A DNA stretch of 60,211 bases, counting the filler, from Sphacelaria rigidula (Eukaryota): assembly GCA_964200075.2 (NCBI GenBank). It is 10 parts of 10 records of this genome, joined end to end, with 100 filler letters (N's around TTAATTAATTAA, not from the genome) between each part and the next. Parts side by side here need not be neighbours in the genome. Positions count along the whole stretch, not along the records: positions 12,064 to 17,994 come from CAXNAA020023390.1; positions 18,095 to 24,025 come from CAXNAA020023391.1; 8 more parts are not named here. The stretch is one strand, 5' to 3'. The notes beneath the pieces are model-generated. The model was not told the origin of the DNA and ran no database searches. It was given only the letters and a program-made list of their open reading frames with translations. Shown piece by piece: positions 12,140 through 24,125 of this stretch. The position numbers were made by a program, and so were the translations under genes. The first letter of the stretch is position 1, and each line of letters begins with the position of its first letter.

Positions 12140-12982
12140 ACAGAAGGAGGGAAAATGCAGGTATGCTCCCACCCTTACTGCTTTGTTGATTGATGAGAGT
12201 GGTTTAAGGGCAGGTCGAGTAAAGTATACTCAATAATCGGTATTTTCGAAGAGTCATGCTCTTAGTACTCAATTGTTGAGTAGAGTATTTGAGGCCGTAC
12301 CCAACATACTCAAAATTCGAGTGGAGTATTTGAGGCCGTACTCGACCTACACAAAATTTGAGTACGGTATTGAGTTCATAACCAAGTGATACTCCATACT
12401 CGAATATTTCCGAGAGTGCTTACTCAATACTTGCGTAGAGTATTGGAGGTCGTACTCGATCTACTCAAAATTGGAGTAGAGTATTGAGGTCATACCCAAG
12501 CGATACTCTATACCCAAGTATTACTGAGAGTGCTTACTCAATACTTGAGTAGAGTATTTGAGGTCGTACTCGATCGACTCAAACTTTGAGTACAGTGTTT
12601 GAGGCCGTACTCGACCTCCTCAAAAATTTAGTAGAGTATTCTGAGGCCGTACTCGATCTCCTCGAAATTTGAGTGGAGTAGTTAAGATCCCAATCCACTC
12701 AAAATTTCAGTAGAGTATTTGAGGTGATACTCAATCTACTGTACCTACAAATTGAGTAGAGTGTTCGAGGTCATGCCCAATCTACCCGAAAGTTGGGTAG
12801 AGTATCTGAGGCCGAACCTGATGTACCACCGCTGACTCTCCCATGGAAGATTCACATGTGCGGCCGGTAAAGTCGCTTATTTTGATAATACCTACCCGGC
12901 AATCCGTCTCCTCGATCACTCAATGATGATGAAAAGCGCTCTGTACTAAAAGTGATATCGAAGGGGTTAAAGGTGCCAAGTG

Positions 12983-13275
12983 CAACAAGGTTTTCGTGGG
13001 ACGGAGAGTAGAGCGTTGATTGAGAGTGGGTTTGATCATTCGCTTTGACTCGAACATGATTTCATTCTATGTGTGTGCTTCCCTTCGGTTGTAAGACTGG
13101 CGTGTGCTGACAGCTACACGTCGATATCCTACTCGGGGATATCAATGGCTTCAGTGGAAAGCTACTACGAAACGTGTATCGGGCCTCGTGGAGGGTCATT
13201 TCGGAACTGAAACGAATTATTTAATAATTGACCGCTTTTCACTCCTCTACTCTTAATCTCACGAAAACACTGTTG
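12983..13275. mobile_element. MITE copy (same family as 5308-5566) nested in the hAT element
   Basis: caacaaggttttcgtg...cacgaaaacactgttg termini; internal sequence homologous to 5308-5566. Confidence 0.8.
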
Positions 13276-13279
13276 TATG

Positions 13280-13400
13280 TATTCTTTTCTTCAGAGAGTG
13301 TTTCAGTTTCGTTTTTGTTGGGTACATCTATAATGAGACCACGGCTGGACCCCTGGGGGGTCAGTTAAAGTGCGACAATCAGTCAATCAATCAATCAGTC
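13280..13400 (+). mobile_element. RTE-like LINE 3' tail fragment (also ~15180-15290 +, ~42860-43230 -, ~53388-53455 -)
   Basis: Conserved ..gaccacggctggacccc..gtcagttaaagtgcgac-(AATC)n end. Confidence 0.65.
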
Positions 13401-13946
13401 ATGTACTGCCATGGGTGGGGGCAGGTGAGCTGGGGCAGGTAGGTTCATACATCTGCACAATTTTTTTTGTTTTTTTGTGGCCATCATTCGCTCACACCTT
13501 TTATAGCCCGTGACGTACCGCCGCTCATCTAATTGATGGCCATCGTTCGCTTATGTATTCAACATAGTCTGTGAAGTGACGTCACGTGGTCGCCGACTGT
13601 CGCGGTTACTCATCATACCCAAGTGATACTCCACACCCAAGTATTACTGAAAGTGCTTACTCAATACTTGAGTAGTGTATTCAAGGCCGTACTCGATCTA
13701 CTCGAGATTTGAGTAGAGTATTGAAATCATACCCAAGTGATACTCTATGCCCACGTATTACTGAAAGTGCTTACTCAATACTTGAGTAGAGTATTGGAGG
13801 TCGTACTCGGTCTACTCAAATTTTGAGTAGAGTGAATACTCGGGTATTTTGCTCGAGTACTCAAAAGTAAACCCTATACTCGACCTGTCCTTGGAGTGGT
13901 TCATGGTAGAATTACAGGGGTACAACATAAATAGCCCAAACATCAT

Positions 13947-14312
13947 TAGAGCTCGGGAATGGTGTGTCGAACCATTAACCAGTGAAATGGTTACACATAC
14001 AGGGTAGCACAACCATTAAACACTTGAATGCTACATAATGATCTGCTCATTGAGCGGCGAAGCTACGAGCCAAATAGCCCCCCCGGCAGAGGGGGGCCCG
14101 CCGTGGACGTCTTTCCGCGATTTGGCTTCCCTCGTGCTAAAAACTCCGTTAGATTTGGGCCAATTTTCTAGGGCTGTATGCAGCATAAGTAGCCGGCGGC
14201 GGTTTATAGAGCCGGCAACGGTATATAATGGTCTCAAACCACTATCCAAATATTTCATATAACCATTACCATGATAATGGCCAGTTGTAACTGGTACCAT
14301 TCCCGAGCCATA
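13947..14312. mobile_element. hAT-type MITE
   Basis: TIRs tagagctcgggaatgg / tatggctcgggaatgg; CCAAACAT on both flanks (left copy offset by 3 nt). Confidence 0.6.
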
Positions 14313-14566
14313 CCAAACATAAATTTCGAACTAACGTTTGTTGATGAGCGAGTATTTGCAAGGCTATGTATGCTCGGTAAAGTGGAGGTAATATTCGATT
14401 CCTAGATAATGATTACTAGCAAATAAAATATATCTTACGTGGCAAGAGAAAAAGAGGAGGGGGGAGAAGGGCGGGGGGGCGCCCCGCCCCCATCCCCACC
14501 CCGCCTGCCTCGCTCTCCATCCCCCCCTCCCCACCCCCACCCTTTCTCAGTGGCCGAATATCTCAC

Positions 14567-14698
14567 CTCACCGCCTCCCAAATCAGGCCCAAGCCTGCCC
14601 ACGTAGATGGTATCCACTGCGGACATGAGGGGGTCCACGGAAAGTGATACAAGCGCCGGCAGCGCCAACCCCAGGATCTCGCGTGTAAGCTCCCACTT
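14567..14698 (-). CDS. Exon of a MATE-family (DinF-like) transporter, TM1 region
   Basis: cgcag|AAG...GAG|gtgaga, 44 codons: KWELTREILGLALPALVSLSVDPLMSAVDTIYVGRLGPDLGGGE (LALP...DPLMSxVDTxxVGRLG). Confidence 0.9.
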
Positions 14699-14972
14699 CT
14701 GCGTGATATGGGGAGGGAGGGAGGGGGGGGTCCGTTCAGGGGGGGAGGGGGTGGTGGCTGCTTGACTTTCTGCTGGATATGATGCCCGCACGGGAAAGGG
14801 GAGCGAACGCTGCAGCTACACTGTTCACACTACGTACCAGTGGAACTAGACAGTTTTTCTGTTGCAATAACGTGGCACATTTACCCTGCACTACCGCTAC
14901 TACTCACTGTTTCAGTAAAAGTAGAGTCAGTTCTTCATGATTTCAGAAGGATGGAAACAGATAACAATGAAA

Positions 14973-14975
14973 ACC

Positions 14976-15029
<54 letters not shown>
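14973..15029. repeat. (CAA)n microsatellite
   Basis: Read directly from the sequence. Confidence 0.95.
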
Positions 15030-15819
15030 GCTCAGAGCAACGCAACATTTAACGCGTACATATGATAGTCTCTCGCACAAACTCCACCATCATTCTATCA
15101 GCCCCTACTATCCCACGACACTCCCCTTTTAAGGGCGATCGGTTCGCAAGGACACTGTTAATCACGCCACTCACTCATTATGTTTCGTTTTCGTCTCGGG
15201 TACGTCTATCTTGTGGATAATGGCCACGGCTAGACCCCTGGGGTCGGTTCAAGTGCGACAAGCAAGCAGTCAAACCAACAAATCAATATGTCATAATAGA
15301 ACCCGCAGCTTTTCCACCCTTAATGACGACAGTCATATATCCCAGGTACTGTACTGTATTTTACCTTGCTGGCCACGAGACCGTTTTGGGAACAACATTT
15401 CGGTGGGGAGGGGGGGTGATACATGGGAGCAACATCCAAAAATGAACACATAATGACATATATCAGACATTTTTTGCACGAAAGGTTTCGAAACAATACA
15501 TCGGTCGGGGGAACATCGGGGAAGGCTGATAATGTAAACGATATTTGAAATTTTAACTCAAGAAATAATGACAGGCCTCGACCTTTTCTCTTCCGTTTTT
15601 CAGTGTTTAGAGCGCGTATCGACCGTTTCGCACTATTGTACAGTGTGTACACATCTCCCCGGGAGTCAACAACAACCAAAAGGTTTTCGATTTACGCTCG
15701 TACTCGATGCGAGATCATGCTCTGGCAAAATCCAGCCCCATGGGAAACCGTTGCGGTAGACACTCCAGAATCGTCGCAGTCGAAGGGGTGCAAGACAAGG
15801 AAGGAGGATCCATCCATAC

Positions 15820-15917
15820 CTCAGCTTCGGAGTCGCCCTTGGTTGGACCATTTCCATTTTGCAACGACTCGTCGCCTGCGGGTGGTAGCAGGCTGCTCGA
15901 GTCTCCGGTGGCGGCAA
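15820..15917 (-). CDS. Probable upstream exon of the MATE gene (N-terminal extension)
   Basis: tttag|TT...GAG|gtatgg; AATGDSSSLLPPAGDESLQNGNGPTKGDSEAE; ends in phase 0, compatible with the exon starting at 14698. Confidence 0.55.
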
Positions 15918-16002
15918 CTAAAAGATTGTTTTTTTCCAGGTTCCAAGAATGAATCATGCCAAAAGTCACAAAAACACACGAAACGGGGAGGGGAAGGGAA
16001 GG

Positions 16003-16430
16003 TGGGGGTGTACTCATGATCTTGCATGCCGTAGTCATCAGATCATGGACCTTGCATCGTTATAAAGCCGGTACGGGACACGCCGGGTTTCCGCCGGACC
16101 GTGCTCGCGATGAATCGCCAAGCGCGGAGCGCCGTGAGGTGTTGAGCGAGTCATATGAGGAGTAGTAACCTGGACCATGCTAAAATTGGTCGGCCCGAAG
16201 CGTACTAATAATCTTGCATGTGGATGACAGCCTCGAATGAGGTGCTTCATTTGGTGGTGTCGCCACTTCCAGAAACAGCCACGAGTTACATATTGCCTCA
16301 TGGGTGTCTCATCATTCAAATGCTGCGTACTACGATCACCCCCTTTGAGCGTGGTTGAGGCTTTCCCACCCCGCACAACATGATCTAGCTCGACCACCAT
16401 GTCGGTTACCGCACAAACACGCAAGCGAGA
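16003..16430 (+). repeat. Abundant dispersed G-run modular repeat (copies ~30157-30570 -, 35905-36087 -, 36200-36300 +, 37375-37727 +, 48880-49270 +, 54325-54660 +, 57898-58055 -, 58660-58965 +, 59938-60211 +)
   Basis: Shared gtactcatgatcttgcatgccgtagtcat..gaccttgcatccc..gggacggagcacgccggg module and a ~250-bp body ending atgggtgtctca. Confidence 0.9.
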
Positions 16431-18094
16431 ATAAGGATGGTATCCTGGTTTCCTAGCCTACGCAGTGAGTGGAACGTTCTACAGAATAGAATAGCACACA
16501 AAATGAGCACGAGAATCACACGGCAAACAAACGAACAATAAAAGTACGAGGGGGAAAAAAATACGAAGGGCAACTTCTTATGCATGAATGGCAAGCAAAA
16601 ACTAATATAAAAAACGCCGCGTTTTACCTCAAAAGCTGCCAAGCGAGTCGACGGTAGGTGCCTTGAGCCTTTCGGGAGGCAATAGACTCCATGCACAAAG
16701 AACGGCCGTTAAAAAAGGGGCCAGTACGACAAAGGGGAAGCCGAACCTCTTTCTTTTCCCACATTTATTTCTCCTCTTTCACGAACGTCTGGACTTCAAT
16801 GATGGGTCTTCTACACTGATACACAACTCCAAAATGCTTGCTCAGGGAAGGGCAGGGTGCAAAGTACCCGCGGGCAATCTGGTATACTGCATATTTCATC
16901 TGTCAACACTCCAGGTATCCCCGGATCCTCGCTAGTTTCGGCACTCGATGCCCTTCGCTCCCTACGGTATTGGGTAGTCGAATACGCGAAGGCACAGGGT
17001 ACGTTCCTCAGGGTCTCAGGGTACGTACCCTATCCTACGCACCTTTGACACAAATCCTTGTCCTACTCCCTGAGGGAGAAAACCAGCTAGCTCCCATTGT
17101 TATCCGGGAATGCTGGTGGCACTGACAGCGGTCGATACTGTTCCGATACTGTTCCATCAGACGGTGTAACACCCACCAAAGTGGTTTCAGAATAAGCCCA
17201 TGCCGTGACTGACAGCTTTCTATTCGTCACACTTTCAATAACACCCCCTTCCGTTCCTCTAGACGAGTCCGAGGTTTCGAGGTTTATCATCCATCCAACC
17301 CATCTCTCCCCGCGTGTATGTCTGTATATAGTAAAAATGAAGCGGGAATATGAGTGTAAACGATCAACCTACCACACCCAACGGAAGAAAAGCTGTGGTC
17401 TCCGGGAGGGACTCGGCTAGCACACCGACCACGATAGTGGTGGTGTTTGTACATACGTGCCTGCGTGTGGTCCCTTCGCGAATCAACGGATTTGGACATA
17501 TTCCATCATCCTCCACAATCACCGCTGCAAATTGAATTAAGAGAGATTTTCCGCCGGTAATATAATAGGGATTTCCATTTCTTCCAAGTTTTGTTTTGTT
17601 CTCGAACATGACTGAACGACGACAGCCTGTGAGTTTTCGGACTCATTCTCGGGGACCCCAGTCTATCGGCACTAACGCCCCCTACTTGTACGCAAAACAA
17701 AAACTCCCCCGAAAAATATTCCCACGTTCCAGAATACGTTGGTTAGACATGACTTCGAGGCACCAACACGAACGAGTGAACAGTCGACATATTAAAAATT
17801 CAAAATGAACGAACACTCTAGGAGTAGAGCGGGCCTAATGGGAGAGGAAAACACTAACCAGGAGGAAGTGTGAAAAGAAGAATGAAAGCCTCCTACACCG
17901 GAAAAAAGCAAGCCTACCATGTTACGCACCCCGTCAGGGACCAATCACTGCAACCATCACGCCAGCCGACCACCAGGCTCCCGCTCTCGCCGATNNNNNN
18001 NNNNNNNNNNNNNNNNNNNNNNNNNNNNNNNNNNNNNNTTAATTAATTAANNNNNNNNNNNNNNNNNNNNNNNNNNNNNNNNNNNNNNNNNNNN

Positions 18095-18184
18095 AACAGC
18101 CGATTTTATATTTTGGGGTGCAAGACAGATATGCCACTTCAGCCCCATATTTTGTATGAACCCCAAAATATAAAATCGGCTGTT
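18095..18184. repeat. 90-bp hairpin with perfect 25-bp arms (mini-MITE)
   Basis: aacagccgattttatattttggggt ... accccaaaatataaaatcggctgtt. Confidence 0.8.
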
Positions 18185-18443
18185 AGATCGTGATGAATCT
18201 TCGTGTTACGTAGTGCGTAGGGTAGCTGAATAAAAAGGTAACGAACCAAGGGGAATCCCAGCAGCAAGTATTTATGGAGTGGACCCCCGAACCAGCAGGC
18301 GTTTGCGTACCGGACCAGTCTCTGCCCGCGTACCAGCGACAATATCTAGTCAGGTAGCGCGAGGAAAGAAAGGTCGTTACTTGGAAGAAATTAAGCAAGT
18401 AAGGGGAGGGGAAGTGAGTTTGAACCGAAAATAAAGTTGGACC

Positions 18444-21120
18444 TTGGCGCAAATATTCTCTGGCCCAAAGGCAGCTAGAATATTGGAGGTAAAGGCTTTG
18501 GTGGACCCAGGGAGCCCGGCGACGTTTATTCCCTACTCAATATGGAAAAAAATGGTTGACGTTGGGGCAGCCACTATTGAAGGCGTCCGAGAGATAGACC
18601 CGGTATCCTGGGGTGGTTTTAATGGTGTCCCGTTGTGTACTTCTTCACAGGTGCGGTTGAATACCAGACTGTGGCCTAAAAGACCCAACCCACGAATGTC
18701 CGCTCAGAACGGACGAGCATGTTAAGCAATTTACGCCCATGTTGTACCTGATGGAACAATGAATTATGACATTCTAGTAGGACGTGATGGCCTTGGATTA
18801 TTTCCGGTCAGAACGTATCGTGATGTAAACCGACGCGAAACAGTCATGACCTTGCAAGGAAACAAGATTGACTCTGTTAATCGTGTGTTTGCGGAACAAG
18901 TCCGCGATGCTGTTGGTTTCGTTGAACCGACATCTTCAACAGCTCAAGTTACAGTAGTGTACAGTGGGTCTCATGATATGATACGACCTGATACATTGTC
19001 ATGGATTCCGGTAAAACTATGTAACACAGACGGAACGCCCACCAAAAGTGGCTGTTATTATGTATCTCTGGATTCAGATTGGTCCCCACATGAGATTATC
19101 GCAGAAGCAGGTGAATCCATTATCCCTCTCCGTTATACCGGTTTAGAAGGACAGATGTTGCATCCAAACACCACTCTAGGTTCAGCGGGGGCACCTTCGG
19201 TACCATGCTCTCTGGAAGACGTTAGATTTCTGAAGCAAATAATCTGAAACCTGAGGAGATATTCATGGTTGACCAAAATTTAGAGGAACCTCAAGTAATG
19301 GCAGGTTTGACAAATGAACAACAACGAGCATTCAAAGCTATGTGGGTGAAGCTTCCCGTACATATATGCGAAAAATAAAGTTCGGGTTGGAAGGCGCACA
19401 TTGGCCAGTTGAGGACATTGAAAATTTGGGGGAACTTTTGTGCAAATACTCACATTGATTTTCAAAGGACAAGATGGATTTGGGGGATCGCACGGTGGAT
19501 CCGTTTAGGATTGAACTCAAACCGGGGACAAGGCCTGTCAAACAGCGCCCATATCTTCACAACCCAGCGGTTCAAAAGAAGGTACAAGTGGAAATTGACC
19601 GCATGCTCGCAGCAGGCATTTTACGGAGATCATATTCCAACCGGAGGAGTCCGCTCGTGGTTGTGAACAAAGCGGATGGGTCTATCCGAATTACGTGCAA
19701 CTACAAGAACCTGAATGATGGTACAATAATTCCGGTGTTGCCCATTCCGATTATTGAGATACTTTTGGATGAATTAGGGGGTGCCAAAATATTTTCATGT
19801 TTGGACATCATCTCGGGTTACTTTAATGTGGCTGTACATCAAGACTCAATTCCGTTAACGGCGATTTGTACGCAAAGTGGTCTCTATGAATGGTTAGCTA
19901 TGCCGATGGGGTGCAGTGGAAGCCCAGGTTGGTTTCAGGCAATCATGGTGAGAATATGTGATGGGTTGGAACGATGCCGTCTACATATTGATGATGTGTG
20001 TACGTTCAGCGGAACAGGTAGACAGCATGTAGATGACTGGGAGGGTCTTTTTCAACGATTGACCAAGCACAACCTCAAGTTGGCACCGAAAAAAGCACAT
20101 GTTGGGATGAAAGAAACAAAATTTCTGGGACATCACATATCGGCTGAGGGAATTTCTCCTGATCAGGGCAAGGTGTAGGCTTTAATCAAAATGCCAATGC
20201 CAGCCGATGTATCTCAGCTCAGATCGCTCTTGGGAGGTTTGGGGTACGACCGTAAATTTATTCCGAGAATGGCTGCGAGACTAAAACCTCTCACACGATT
20301 GTTGAAGAAGGGGGTTAAGTTTCAGTTTACTCAAGAACACGAAACGATAGCCAAGGAGATGTTATCATCCTTGACCGGTACGAAAGTTTAGCATTTCCGA
20401 ACAACGAAGATGCAGCGTTGGGAAAACGCCCATTTATGCTCACCACAGATGCATCTGTGGATGGTCTGGGCGCGGTAGTGGAACAACGCCAAGAGGATAA
20501 CACAGTTCGACCTCTTATTTTTCTTAGTCGAGGAACACTCACCAACGAAAGAAATTGGAGTGTGTCCGAATTAGAGGCAGCGGCTATCGTGTGGGCCATC
20601 AAAAAGAACAGACCACTATTCTACGGAGTGCCATTTGAAATCTATACTGATCACCAACCTTTGCGAAATTGTTTGAGCCTTGCAGAACAGGTTTCGAGAG
20701 TTTAGCGCTGGCACGACTTTTTAAGTGCGTACACTTATGAAATTAAGTACAAACCAGGACGCGTGAACACGAATGCGGATATGTTGTCTCGTTTACCGGA
20801 TGATAATGATATGTCTGGGGATGCCCGAATAGCGGGCCCGGGAGACATGGATGTCTATTTTATTGGCGCTGGTGGAATATGGCCGAGAAATATAAAAAAC
20901 TCGACCAGGGGTGGACATGTAGGGTCGGTTGTGAGTACCAACGATTCAAACTTGAATGGGAAAGACCCTGGATCGGTTTTGAAAGTTGGGGACGAAGAAG
21001 TAAGTGCAGTACCGCTCACGACCTCTGGAAATGCTGACCTAAAATGGATCGAGCTACAAAGAGCGAGGAATAGTATTAGGGCACAGATGGAAAGTGGAAA
21101 AGTGAACAAGTGTGATATAA
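18444..21120 (+). mobile_element. Decayed Ty3/Gypsy pol (protease, RT, RNase H; no integrase seen)
   Basis: PR: ALVDPGS, ILVGRDGL. RT: SPLVVVNKADGSIRITCNYKNLN, MPMGCSGSPGWFQ, HIDD, KFLGH. RNase H: LTTDAS, ELEAAAIVWA, YTDHQPL, NADMLSRL. Several in-frame stops. Confidence 0.95.
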
Positions 21121-21476
21121 AGAGGGGTGTAGACAGGTTCCACACCTTCCTAGCTATGACCAATGTGCTGCAAACTTGAGCAGGTGCGCAAACGTACTAG
21201 GTGTCCGAGTAAAACAAGCTGCAAATACACACGTGCAGATTCACGTGACTGTTGGTCACAGTAGCAACAGACAAGGGACCTCAAAGACTTGATATCTTTT
21301 TTAACTCTCACTGATTATTCCCTTGATCGCCCAGCACACTGTTCTCACCAATGGTAAATAGTAGGAGCAGATGGTCCGGCTCGAAGGGTAGCTCAAGAGT
21401 TAGCGAGGGTGCATGAGGCACGGTAGAGCAACCTATTTTTCAAGTCGGCCCGGGAAGACGTTTCGCCTCCCCGGGA

Positions 21477-21587
21477 CTAGGGCACACCAATCTGTACACT
21501 ACTCTTCCCCAGCTAGGGTACGCCAGTCTGTACACCAATCTTCCCGAGCTAGGGTAGACCAGTCTGTGCACCAATCTTCCCAGAGCT
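21477..21587. repeat. Three tandem copies of a 36-bp unit
   Basis: ctagggtacgccagtctgtacaccaatcttcccgag and variants. Confidence 0.85.
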
Positions 21588-21694
21588 ATGGGGGCATTCC
21601 CCGTCGACAGATCGGATGATCTGTAAGCTAACCTGCCCCAACGTTGTCTGTGGGAACAAATAACGCCTCTCTATCTTCCTTCCTCATGACAATT

Positions 21695-22440
21695 CGCAGC
21701 TTGTTTTACTCGGACACCTAGTGCGTTTGCGCGCCTACTCCAGCTTGCAGCACATTGATCACAGCTAGGAAGGTGTGGAACCTGTCTATACCCCTCTCTA
21801 TCTCACACTGGCATCCGACTGATTGACCGTGTCTTTCTTGGTTTTTCAGTAGCCCACGCGTATTCTCATAGCCTTGTTGCCTTGTCTAGCTGTCCCTTTC
21901 TGTAGCCTCCCTTTCTTGCTCCTCACGTTTGGTTCATGTGTATTTTGCCTCCCCAGTTAGTAGCAGTTCCAACAGTCCTTCGTTTTCGTTTAGTTTCGAG
22001 AGTGCTTTTCTTTTCCTGTACTACAGCGCTAACTCTCTGCATTTTTTTCCTTTGCATTTCCGCCGCAGCAGCAACGATTGCAACCTGCCATTTGTCCCTC
22101 TCTTGTTTGGGTCGCTCCTTTTGTTGGGTGGTACCCTTGCTTTGCAGTGCCCTTGTTCTGTTGTCATCGTCACTTTCAACCCCGCCCCACGTTGTGTCAA
22201 CTGGGTTGTTGTAAAACCTCCACGAACTGTTGACACTGTCCCTCACTGAACCGTTGCAGAACACGCCGCAACGCCTTCTGACCATGTTCGCTTTGAGAGT
22301 AATATGAACCATCAAGCCTCTGCACTACTGCCTGCAGACTCTGATAATGTACGTTCAACCTCAGATGTTGTTCCTGATTTTGATTTGGATCATGACGACC
22401 TTGTTTTACCACGGTGATACCCCTACTCATGCCCATGATG
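21695..22440 (-). mobile_element. Possible gag-protease remnant of a second LTR element (Copia-like)
   Basis: Minus strand has a knuckle-like KDCWNCY*LGRQNTH, then GAQTH*VSE resembling the D-x-G-A-x-x-H protease site; heavily degraded. Confidence 0.35.
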
Positions 22441-23996
22441 TACGTGCTCTGTTATCGGGACTATCTTCAACCACGGGATCTTCTCGGCCTAAATCTGTCG
22501 ATCAGACATATGTAAGCTCGCGACTACCCGTTGATGCTTCGTTGGCTAATATTCACGCACCTTTGCGCAGCGGACACAGCACTCACCGTGCCCTTCCGCC
22601 CCATCCTGATGCTGGTACTGTGCGTGCTGTCGAACGACAAATTGCAGACCTTCGTCGCTACTTACGTTCCGCTACAACTATGGCCAATGCTCCTCCACCT
22701 TTGACTACTGCGCCAATCGCAGCCACTGCCCCTCCTGAAGCAGCCGGCATTGACACGGATGCCGAGAGCACCCGTGTCACGCCCCCCGCTCCCCGTGTGG
22801 CGCCCCCCGCGGATTCCGCCACGGCGGATCAGGGCCGCGCCCCTGCCACGGCCGCCTCGGCGACATCGGCCCCTTCGCCACCCAATTCTACTGCCTCAGG
22901 CTCGGCTCCGGCGCTTGCCCCCGAGCCCGACACGGACGATCGCCCCTTGCTAGGCGTCGAGCATTGTCCGTCGGGCCTTCCGCCCCGGCTCTGGCTTCGT
23001 GGCACCCGCGCCGACCAGGAACACATTTTGACCGAATATCAAGCTTTCGAACCGGCCACGGCCCCGGCACCACCTTGGCCCCGCCAAACGGCGGACGACA
23101 ATGCCTACCGTCGCCTTCATGGCGACCTCACGGCACAATTGACGCGCTAACGCCAGGCGGTCGCTTCGGCAACCACCCGTCAGCGGGCGGCTCAACGTAC
23201 TCTCACTGAACGCCTTGCTGTGTTCGACCAGATACGTGACTCCATTCGACGCGATGAACAACGCTTGCGTCAATGCCCCACCGCAACAGAGACTGCGACC
23301 ACGGCTTGACGTTCCCTCGAACAGGAGCAACACCTTCCTCTTCTGAGGACCACGCCAAGCGAGCCCGCGCCTGCACCCTCTGCCGCCACTTCCGGCTCCA
23401 CGGAAGAACGCCAGCCCTCGCGCCTACACGCTGATGCCGCGGCTTCCATGACTTCGCCTACGCGCACCTCTCCTGCCCCACTGCAGGTCCCTCGGGCTTC
23501 GGCGCCCCCCGCCGCCACACCCGGGCTGCATCTGCAGAGTAGCGAACATGCTTGGTCCGGTTGGACGCTCCGTCAACTTTCGGGGGAGTACACTCGCAAC
23601 AATGTACTCCGCGCCTCTGAGCAGGCTTGGAGCTCTCTCATCCTGCCCGTCACTGGTGTGATCGTCCCCTTCCTCCAACAAGGTGGACAGCTCCCGCGCA
23701 ACGACCCCGGCGCTCTCACCATTGAACGGATCGTGTTTTATCTCACGATTGGTACCGGGGACGCTCGTTCTCAACATGAGACCGCCGTCGCCGCCCTCTT
23801 TGCCGCCATGCGGGCAGCCCGCAACACACTGCCGCCCGACAATCATGGAGCTTGGATCACTCCGCACCCCCCTCGCCGTCGTCATGATGATGACGACTCT
23901 GACGACGACCCTTCCGGGGCTGCACCACGCCGTGGGCACGGGCTCCACCGTCTTACCAACAACAATCAACAACAAATTGTGAGAATTGAGGTTTAA
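22347..23996 (+). pseudogene. ~550-codon Pro/Ala/Arg-rich intronless reading frame broken by two stops
   Basis: ORFs 22347-23150 and 23448-23996 share one frame, interrupted only by TAA (23148) and TGA (23307); GC-rich. Confidence 0.55.
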
Positions 23997-24125
23997 CTTC
24001 GAGATGAGGCTCAAGCCTAAAACAGNNNNNNNNNNNNNNNNNNNNNNNNNNNNNNNNNNNNNNNNNNNNTTAATTAATTAANNNNNNNNNNNNNNNNNNN
24101 NNNNNNNNNNNNNNNNNNNNNNNNN

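Larger units (their letters stand above)
12205..13893. mobile_element. Non-autonomous hAT element with internal ~40-bp tandem repeats and nested insertions
   Basis: TIRs TAAGGGCAGGTCGAGTA / CAAGGACAGGTCGAGTA; perfect 8-bp TSD GAGTGGTT (12197-12204, 13894-13901); repeated unit gagtagagtatttgaggtcgtactcgatctactcaaaattt. Confidence 0.85.

Noticed and set aside
12280..12820. Regularly spaced repeats resembling a CRISPR array
   Set aside because: Degenerate tandem units inside a hAT element that has TIRs and an 8-bp TSD.
17043..17225. Further upstream MATE exon
   Set aside because: The phase would fit, but the apparent GT donor coincides with the end of a TACCC-rich repeat element and the peptide is not recognisable.
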